Below, piece by piece: positions 1 to 7,420 of a stretch of 9,264 nt of DNA. The notes beneath the pieces are model-generated. The model made no database searches. It had not been told where the DNA came from and saw nothing but the letters and a program-made list of their open reading frames with translations. The translations under genes were made by a program, and so were the position numbers. Source of the stretch: Octopus sinensis (Eukaryota); contig NW_021828010.1 in the NCBI RefSeq assembly GCF_006345805.1, positions 1 through 9,264 of the forward strand. Reading direction: 5' to 3'. Within the stretch, counting starts at the first letter, position 1. Every line of letters starts with the position of its first letter.

Positions 1-414
1 TATATGTATATGAATACATATATGTATATACGCGTACATATATACATTTTTGCATAGATGCCTGTATATATATTATCCATATAGATATGTATATAATATA
101 TATATAATATATATATATATATTAATATACAAATATATACATATATATATAAATATATATACATAGATGTACATATACATATCTGTATATACACACATAC
201 ATACACACGCACATACATATATTTACATATATATATTTATATATATATATATATATGTGCATATATACATACATATATATACATATATTATACATATGCA
301 TATACATATGCATACATATATATATATATGTATACATAGATATAGAGATACATATGCATTCATACATCCATACATACATGCATACATGCATACATACATA
401 CATACATACATACA

Positions 415-446
<32 letters not shown>

Positions 447-447
447 C
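1..447. repeat. Compound (TA)n / (TACA)n microsatellite
   Basis: Degenerate TA dinucleotide array grading into a near-perfect (TACA)n run at ~362-445; explains the four ORFs at 122-479. Confidence 0.97.
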
Positions 448-622
448 GCACTGCTGAATTCTGGAAAACGCGTAATTAGAAGCCTTTCATTTATCACGTA
501 TTAAAAAATACATTAATTTCGAGAAATACGTAAAGTCTAACTTTTCATGTGCTTCTATAAAACACATGGATTTTTATCTTTCATTGAAATGTAATTCTAA
601 AGAAAATTGGCGGATTAAAGAA

Positions 623-717
623 ATAGGAACAGACGTAGCTGTGTGACAAGAATTTTACTTCCTAGCCTCGTGGGTCTTGGTTCAATCCCACAGTGTAGCA
701 CCTAGGGCACATCTATT
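623..717 (+). mobile_element. Degraded head-only fragment of tRNA-derived CORE-type SINE
   Basis: agctgtgtgacaag...ggttcaatcccacagtgtagcacctagggcacatct aligns by eye with the head of the full copies at 6126 and 6965 (ggctgtgtggtaag...ggttcagtcccactgcgtggcaccttgggcaagtgtct); B-box-like GGTTCAATCCC present; similarity stops after the CORE-like block. Confidence 0.75.
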
Positions 718-1216
718 TAATGCGCAGAATTAATTGGACTATTGGAATATTATGAAAGATTTTGGTTTTGAGACAAATGTCTGGGTTATCAGTCCTTGTA
801 TGAAAAGTAAAATTTTAATGTATTAAATGCTTCGTAAAGATATATGCGTAAATTAAATGCTTCGAGATGAGAGGCAAATATACACATTCAAACAATGCAT
901 ATTCAGCGATATTTAAATCATATAAATTTGTACATAAATTTGTACATATAAATTCGTCGCATCAGAGAAACTAATATTAAAGCTCACATGAATATATGGT
1001 AAGTTTGGAAGGGAGACGTCTAAATTAAAATCCAAATGTGAAAATTAACGTATACAACCTACGTCCGTTTCAGGGACATAGTGTTAAGAGTAGATATTGA
1101 TTTAAAAATCCATTCCAGTATCGCTATTTCCTTCATGGGGGATACTAATATATCGTATAGATCACTTTTGGTGCGTTTGTTCATAGAAGTCGAAGTTCAT
1201 GTTGCACTATACCAGA

Positions 1217-1241
1217 TGTGTGTGTGTGTGTGAGTAGATAA

Positions 1242-1325
<84 letters not shown>

Positions 1326-1353
1326 GTAGGTAGGTAGGTAGGTAGATAGGTAG

Positions 1354-1387
<34 letters not shown>

Positions 1388-1400
1388 ATACGTATATATA
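1217..1400. repeat. Compound (TG)8-(GATA)n-(GGTA)n-(GA)n microsatellite
   Basis: Directly visible; long GATA run at ~1243-1324, GGTA units at ~1325-1344, GA run at ~1373-1388. Confidence 0.97.
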
Positions 1401-1415
1401 TTTACGGCCATATCA

Positions 1416-1658
1416 CGTATATATGTATATATCTGTGTGTGTGTCTTTGTTTGTCCTCCCAGTATAGCTTGACAACCAGTGTTGGTGTGTTTACGTCCCC
1501 GTAACTTTGCGGTTCAGCAAAAGAGACCGATAGAATAAGTACTTGGCTTCAACATACGCCTTGGTGTCGATTTCTTTGACACTAAAATCCTTCAAGGCTG
1601 TACTCCAGCATGATCGCAGTCAAATGACTGAAACAAGATTAAAAGATTAAAAAAAAAA
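1416..1658 (+). mobile_element. 5'-truncated copy (3' half) of the CORE-type SINE
   Basis: Starts at the internal (TA)n(TG)n tract, then gcttgacaacc...gtgtttacgtccccgtaact...gagaccgatagaataagtact...ctccagcatg...gcagtcaaatgactgaaacaag, matching 6345-6533 and 7200-7391; ends in gattaaaa repeats and an A run. Confidence 0.92.
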
Positions 1659-1659
1659 C

Positions 1660-1760
1660 ACCATGGCTACTTGGTATAAAATTGGCTTCCCAACGGCATG
1701 GTTCTTGGTTCAGTCCCACTGGGTGACCCCTTAGACAAATGTCTTTTCCAATAACCTCGA
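1660..1760 (+). mobile_element. Degraded head-only fragment of the CORE-type SINE
   Basis: catggctacttggtataaaattggcttcccaacggcatggttcttggttcagtcccactgggtgaccccttagacaaatgtctt...aacctcg aligns with the head of the full copies; B-box GGTTCAGTCCC intact. Confidence 0.8.
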
Positions 1761-2097
1761 AGTGAAAGATAAAATATACGACATTAGGTTATTTCATTAA
1801 TGTAAAATACAATTTTTATTGAACTTTTCCTTCTAGCCGCCTTCTGTATCTATTATGCCCTGTATGAATATGACATTAATTAATTATGTAATCTTTATTA
1901 ATTAATTATGTAATCTATATGTGACCTCTGAAGGGAATGTGGCATTATATTGCAACAGCCGGGGACCTGTAAAGTTAGCAAAGAAATTAACAAGTTTAGC
2001 CAATAAATTAATGCTTGTTTATACATTATATCTAAAACACATGGAGTCCTTTCTTGAACTTTTGATCATCTTAATAGCCTGGCACGTCGATATCAGA

Positions 2098-2394
2098 TAT
2101 GTGTGAGTGCATGTCTATATGTGTGTGTATGTACATATGTTCATATATGTATATATAAATATATATATGTATCTATCTATATATATAGATATAGATAGAT
2201 AGATACATACATACATACATATATATTTTCATATATACATGTGTGTGTATAGGTATGTTTATATATATACTTACATATACATGATATATATATATACATA
2301 TATACATATATGCATGAATATGTATGTATATATATAAATATGCTATATACATAATAATATATATATATAAAAATATGATATATATATAAATATG

Positions 2395-2429
<35 letters not shown>

Positions 2430-2455
2430 TATATATATACATATGTATATGTATG
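2098..2455. repeat. Compound TA/TG/TAGA/TACA microsatellite
   Basis: Directly visible degenerate dinucleotide and tetranucleotide array. Confidence 0.95.
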
Positions 2456-2597
2456 GTGTATATAAGGGAAGAAATAAAAAAAAATTGAAACTAATATTTG
2501 ACTCGTTTCTCGAATGAATTTGCTATGTCGTTCAATTAGGAATGTCTGCAGAATATGGCTTTTGAAGTTATCTGTTACTTCCGAGAATGGGCAAATA

Positions 2598-2686
2598 ATT
2601 AAATGAATAAATAAATGAATAAATAAATATGTTAAATAAATGAATGAATAAATAAATAAATAATAAATAAATAAATAAATAAATAA
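2598..2686. repeat. (AAAT)n / (AATG) tetranucleotide array
   Basis: aaatgaataaataaatgaataaataaat...aaataaataaat visible. Confidence 0.92.
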
Positions 2687-2774
2687 AAGGTTAGAAGCAA
2701 AAACATACAAGAAACGAGAGACACGAACGAAAAACTAAATGGCGACTACTAAGTTGTAGTTGTCTTTTATAATA

Positions 2775-3270
2775 GTGATGACGGATGTGATGGTGGTGGT
2801 GGTGGTGGTTGCGGTGATGCTGGTGGACATGATAATAATAATGAGGAGGAGGAGGAGGAGAAGTGGGAGGATGAAGACGTTGGTAATACTAATAGCAACA
2901 ACAACAATAGAAACAACAACAGCAGCAATAATAATAATAATAATAATAATATAATATAATAATAAAATAATATTAATAATAATAATAATAATAATAATAT
3001 AATAATAATAATAATAATGATAATAATAATTATAATAATAATAATAATAATAATATAATAATAATATAAATAATAAAATATAATAATAATGACAATAATA
3101 ATAATAATAATGATAATAATAATTATAATAATAATGCAGCGACAAGACGAACGACAACGAAAGCAAAGAAGAATGGGACGGAAGAGGAAAAAGAAAAGGA
3201 AGATGAAAGAAAGAAAATAAGAAAGAAAGAAAGAAAGAAGGAAAGAAAGAAAGAAGACGGTACAATAATG
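2775..3270. repeat. Compound trinucleotide array (GGT/GAT/GAG -> AAC/AAT -> GAA/AAAG)
   Basis: Directly visible; source of the poly-I/Y/L ORFs at 2735-3306. Confidence 0.95.
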
Positions 3271-3302
3271 AACGAGACGAAAAGGCGTATAAACAAACCA
3301 AT

Positions 3303-3409
3303 TCATATATATGTATATATATATATAGAGAGAGAGAGAGACGCCGCTTCTATATATGTATAGTTACATATACATGTACATGATTGCTTAGATATATATA
3401 TATATACAC

Positions 3410-3440
<31 letters not shown>

Positions 3441-3474
3441 TATATATACGTATCTATATGTATATACATGCATA
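3303..3474. repeat. (TA)n/(GA)n microsatellite
   Basis: Directly visible. Confidence 0.93.
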
Positions 3475-3764
3475 CAACGGAAACCGGAAGAGGCTAAACT
3501 GTAGTAGACGAAACAAAAACAAATATGGCAAAACATTGCAAAAAAAAAATGGGAGGGGACGTTAAAGTGAAAGTGAAAGTGAAACTTGGAAGATATTTCA
3601 TTTTTGATTTTATTTTATTGTCCACCACGTGATGGCGCTAGAGTCGGCATGTCTAGCTTTATTAGTGCATCGTTTCGTGAAGGAGAGCAGCATTTTTTTG
3701 TATGGTAAATGATAAATGGGGGGTTGTAACACAAGATAGTGGAACGGATGTTGGGTTGATGTTT

Positions 3765-4205
3765 GTCGATGTTGCTGATGATGATGATGGTGATGGTGCT
3801 AGTGGTGGTGGCGCTGGTGCTGGTGTTGTTGGTGATGATGGTCATTATTATGACGGTGATGGTATGAGAATCATGATGATGTTTGTGATTGTTGTGGTGG
3901 TTGCGATGGTAATCGTGATGTTGCTGATGGTGGTGAGAATTTTCATGGGGATGGTGAAAAGTTGTGGTGGTGGTCGTAGTCGTGGGTATAAGGATGGCAG
4001 TTGTGGAAGTGATGGTGGTGGTAGTGGTGGTAGTGGTGGTAGTGGTGGTGTTGGTGTTTGTAGTTTTGTTAGTGGTGGCAGTAGAGGTAATGATGACGAT
4101 GACGATGACGACGGCGACGACGACGATGATGATTATGATGATGGTGATGATGATGATGATGATAATGATGATGATGATGAGGGTGATTGTGACGACGACA
4201 ACGAC

Positions 4206-4254
<49 letters not shown>

Positions 4255-4364
4255 GTGATGGTGATGATCATGATGATGATGATGATGACGATGATGATGA
4301 TGACGACGACGATGATGATGATGATGATGGTGATGTTGGTAATGGTTATGATGATGGTGATTGG

Positions 4365-4399
<35 letters not shown>

Positions 4400-4462
4400 G
4401 TGATTATGATGATGATGATGATGGTGATTATGATGATGATGATGATGGTGATGGTGGTAGTA
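3765..4462. repeat. Compound (GAT)n/(GGT)n/(GAC)n trinucleotide array
   Basis: Includes a perfect (GAT)16 at 4206-4253; yields poly-D, poly-M and poly-I/T/H ORFs in overlapping frames. Confidence 0.95.
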
Positions 4463-4525
4463 GCTTTTAGTTCTATAAATATTATTTATCAATAATATTT
4501 ATGACACTGAAATTGAAAACGGTTA

Positions 4526-4539
4526 CAACAACAACAACG

Positions 4540-4594
<55 letters not shown>

Positions 4595-4658
4595 TAACAA
4601 CGACAACAACAACAACAACGACAACAACAACAGCAACAACAACAACAACAACATTAAC

Positions 4659-4753
<95 letters not shown>

Positions 4754-4825
4754 AATAACAAGGACAACAACAACAACAACAACGACAACAAAAAACAGCA
4801 ACAAAACAAACAACAAAAAATTAAC

Positions 4826-4896
<71 letters not shown>

Positions 4897-4946
4897 TATA
4901 ATAATAATAATAATAATAATAGTAATATAATAATAATAATAATATA

Positions 4947-4984
<38 letters not shown>

Positions 4985-5016
4985 GTAATAATAATAATAA
5001 TAATGATAATAATAAT
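4526..5016. repeat. Alternating (AAC)n/(AAT)n array with higher-order duplication
   Basis: Alternating AAC and AAT blocks; diagnostic interruptions recur about 161-167 bp apart. Confidence 0.95.
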
Positions 5017-5097
5017 TGCCCGGTTGAATATGCGCAGTTAACTTTTGTAAAGTATTTTCGTCGCCATTATTTAGTTTGTTTTATTAACTTTTTGCTG

Positions 5098-5314
5098 GGG
5101 TGTTTTTGTTGTTGTTGTTGTTGTTGTCGTCTTTGCCGTTTTTTGTAGTCACTTTGTTCCTCGTAATTTCTTTACTAATTACAATCCCTCCTCTTCGTGA
5201 TCACCACTGTCGCCGTGGTGGACTTCGTCATCATCATCATCATCATCACCATCATCATTATCATAATTATGACAACCACCAGCATCATCACTATCATTAT
5301 CATCATCATTATCA

Positions 5315-5345
<31 letters not shown>

Positions 5346-5640
5346 CTTCTTCTTCTTCTTTCTTTCTTTCTTTTTCATCATCATCATCGTCAGCATCATC
5401 CTTATCATTATCATCATCGTATTCGCCACCACCATCACCACCACCACCACCATCACTACCCTCATGACCACCGTCGTCGTCATTAGCAGCAGCAGCTGCA
5501 ACATCATCATCATCATCATCATCATCTTCTTCCTCCTTCTCCTCCTTCTCCTCCTCCCCCTCTCTTGCTCTCCTTCTTCATCATCGTCAACATTATTATC
5601 ATAATCATCATCATCATCATCATCATCATCAACATCAGCC
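5098..5640. repeat. Compound TTG/CAT/CAC/CTT/CCT trinucleotide array
   Basis: Includes a perfect (CTT)15 at 5316-5360; strand polarity opposite to the GAT array at 3765-4462. Confidence 0.95.
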
Positions 5641-5654
5641 ACAACGAATGACTA

Positions 5655-5745
5655 CAACCCTTTTCCAAGATGCCACGCAAAGGAACTGAACCCGATACTA
5701 CGCGGTTACCAAGTGATCTTGTTAACCACACAGCATGCCCTGCAT
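5655..5745 (-). mobile_element. Degraded head-only fragment of the CORE-type SINE, minus strand
   Basis: Reverse complement reads tgcagggcatgctgtgtggttaacaagatcacttggtaaccgcgtagtatcgggttcagttcctttgcgtggcatcttggaaaaggg, aligning with the head at 6130-6215. Confidence 0.8.
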
Positions 5746-5747
5746 TG

Positions 5748-5889
5748 GACGCCGAATTTGGCAGAGTCGTTAGAACGTCGGACACAATGCTTCGCGGTAT
5801 TTGTTTCGAATTTCTTACACTTTGTGTTCGAAACCAAGCGAGCTCGAACTTTACCTTTTTATCGATCTGGGACTCCAAAAATAATTACC
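5748..5889 (+). mobile_element. Degraded tRNA-derived SINE with Nin/Deu-like domain (second family)
   Basis: A-box-like tggcagagtcg (5759-5769), B-box GTTCGAAACC (5826-5835), then gagctcgaactttacctttttatcg...aaaataattacc, resembling the Nin/Deu-domain motif (gtcgactttgcctttcatcc...gataaaataagtacc) as I recall it from octopus SINEs. Confidence 0.65.
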
Positions 5890-5897
5890 ACCTATCC

Positions 5898-5962
5898 AAA
5901 GCGGCAGATTGGGCCTTGCGATATTTGCTACGACTGTTTCAGTTCTGAGTTCAAATCCTGCT
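5898..5962 (+). mobile_element. Second, internally deleted fragment of the same SINE head as 5748-5889
   Basis: aaagcggcagattggg...gcgatatttg...gttctgagttcaaatcctgc parallels gcggtatttg...gtgttcgaaacc of the upstream copy; B-box-like GTTCAAATCC. Confidence 0.55.
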
Positions 5963-5971
5963 ATAGCTTAA

Positions 5972-6635
5972 CCCATTAGAGCCTGTAGTCCTTTTTGTTT
6001 TAGGACCAGAAATATCATATTTCTGAAACATCTGTATTTTTCTGAGATATATTTAATAATCATCAAGACTGGGGCGTCTTTCAAATATTCTAATAAATGT
6101 TTTTTTTTGTATATTTTTTTTGTATAGTCGCAGGAGTGGCTGTGTGGTAAGTAGCTTGCTAACCAACCACATGGTTCCGGGTTCAGTCCCACTGCGTGGC
6201 ATCTTGAGCAAGTGTCTTCTGCTATAGCCCCGGGCCGACCAATGCCTTGTTAGTGGATTTGGTAGACGGAAACTGAAAGAAGCCTGTCGAATATATATAT
6301 ATATATATATATTATATATTATATATATATAATATATGTATATGTGTGTCTGCGTTTGTCCCCCTAGCATGCTTGACAACCGATGCTGGTGTGTTTACGT
6401 CCCCGTCACTTAGCGGTTCGGCAAAAAGAGACCGATAGAATAAGTACTGGGCTTACAAAGAATAAGTCCCGGGGTCGATTTGCTCGACTAAAGGCGGTGC
6501 TCCAGCATGGCCGCAGTCAAATGACTGAAACAAGTAAAAGAGTAAAAGAATAAAAGAATTTAGTATTAGATAAAATTGTACAAAAAACGATTTTTGGTAA
6601 TAAATGAAATTTTTAAAAAATGGGGCACTAATGGG
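5972..6635. mobile_element. Non-autonomous piggyBac-type MITE interrupted by a SINE
   Basis: TTAA (5968-5971) + CCCATTAGAGCC (5972-5983) on the left; GGCACTAATGGG (6624-6635) + TTAA (6636-6639) on the right. TIRs match 11/12 as inverted repeats. TTAA target duplication and CCC...GGG ends are piggyBac hallmarks. About 230 bp remain once the SINE is removed; no transposase. Confidence 0.75.
6126..6557 (+). mobile_element. Full-length tRNA-derived CORE-type SINE (octopus OR-like family)
   Basis: A-box TGGCTGTGTGG (6137-6147), B-box GGTTCAGTCCC (6180-6190), CORE-like gtggcatcttgagcaagtgtctt, internal (TA)n tract (~6290-6345), 3' tail with GTCGA-N5-TCGAC hairpin and terminal 8-nt repeats gtaaaaga x2 + ataaaaga; co-linear with the copy at 6965. 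Confidence 0.93.
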
Positions 6636-6964
6636 TTAATTACATTGTTGAATGAATCCGTCACGCGGTTTTGACACCAATACGTGACAGTGTGGGTACT
6701 TTTAGCGGATCTCACTCTCTTCTAACCATTCAAGGCGAGTTTCCGATTTCAGGACCTCTTCTCTTTACCCACCTGAATGGATAAAACCGTAAACAAAACT
6801 GCATAGAAATGTCTACCCTGGATGAATAATGTACTGCAACGGCAACAAAAAAAAACGTACTTAAATGTTATATCAAGGGACATTAGGATACTTATCCGGC
6901 AGAAACACGTGTCGGATTGGAATTTAATGAAATTAATACTGTAATAAACGAATTTTGAAGATAT

Positions 6965-7420
6965 AGGCGTAGGAGTGTCTGTGCGGTAAGTAGCTTGTTT
7001 ACCAACCACATGGTTCCGGGTTTAGTCCCACTGCGTGGCACCTTGGGCAAGTGTCTTCTACTATAGCCTCGGGCCGACCAAGGCTTTGTGAGTAGATTTG
7101 GTAGACGGAAACTGATAGAAGCCTTCATATATATGTATGTATAAATATATATATGTGTGTGTGTGTGTTGTGTGTGTGTGCGTGTGTGTGTGTGTGTCTT
7201 TGTGTATCTGTGTTTGTCCTCGCAACATTGTTTGACAACCGATGCTGGTGTGTTACGACCCCGTAACTTAGAGGTTCGACAAAAGTGACCAATAGAATAA
7301 GTACTAATCTTACAAAGAATAAGTCCTGGGGTCGATTTGCTCGACTAAAAGGCGGTGCTCCCGCATGGCCGGAGTCAAATGACTGAAACAAGTAAAAAGT
7401 GTGTAAAAGTGTAAAAGTGT
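6965..7420 (+). mobile_element. Full-length copy of the same CORE-type SINE
   Basis: Co-linear with 6126-6557 (about 14 substitutions in the first ~150 nt by eye); A and B boxes mutated (tgtctgtgcgg, ggtttagtccc); internal (TA)n(TG)n tract ~7127-7198; tail repeats gtaaaagt. Confidence 0.93.

Noticed and set aside
1905-1990. Possible minus-strand exon after tttgctaactttacag (GPRLLQYNATFPSEVTYRLHN*)
   Set aside because: The branch-like CTAAC is too close to the AG, the donor is weak, the peptide is unrecognised and no partner exon is evident; only RNA-seq could rescue it.
3470-3560. Strong-looking minus-strand polypyrimidine tract plus AG (tttgtttttgtttcgtctactacag)
   Set aside because: Followed by only ~23 nt before a weak donor and a microsatellite; such tracts are common in AT-rich DNA.
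122-5642. Long ORFs with poly-I, Y, L, M, D, H, T or YIHT runs
   Set aside because: Direct translations of microsatellites that lack stop codons in several frames; no domain-like sequence.
6640-6790. Candidate exon in the unique island (minus acceptor ttttatccattcag; 43-codon plus-strand open stretch)
   Set aside because: All three minus frames stop soon after the acceptor; the plus peptide has no start or splice support and no recognisable similarity.
6890-6920. GAAAC-ACGT-GTC with flanking atcc/ggat stem, resembling a Penelope-type minimal hammerhead ribozyme
   Set aside because: The required CUGANGA core and a correctly placed stem II are missing. The similar ctgctga...gaaaacgcgt at ~451-473 also breaks the core.
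5522-7391. ORFs with ordinary-looking peptides such as PRSGTEPGTMWLVSKLLTTQPLLRL
   Set aside because: They are readings (mostly antisense) of SINE heads and bodies, and recur with each SINE copy (6053..6379, 6892..7128).
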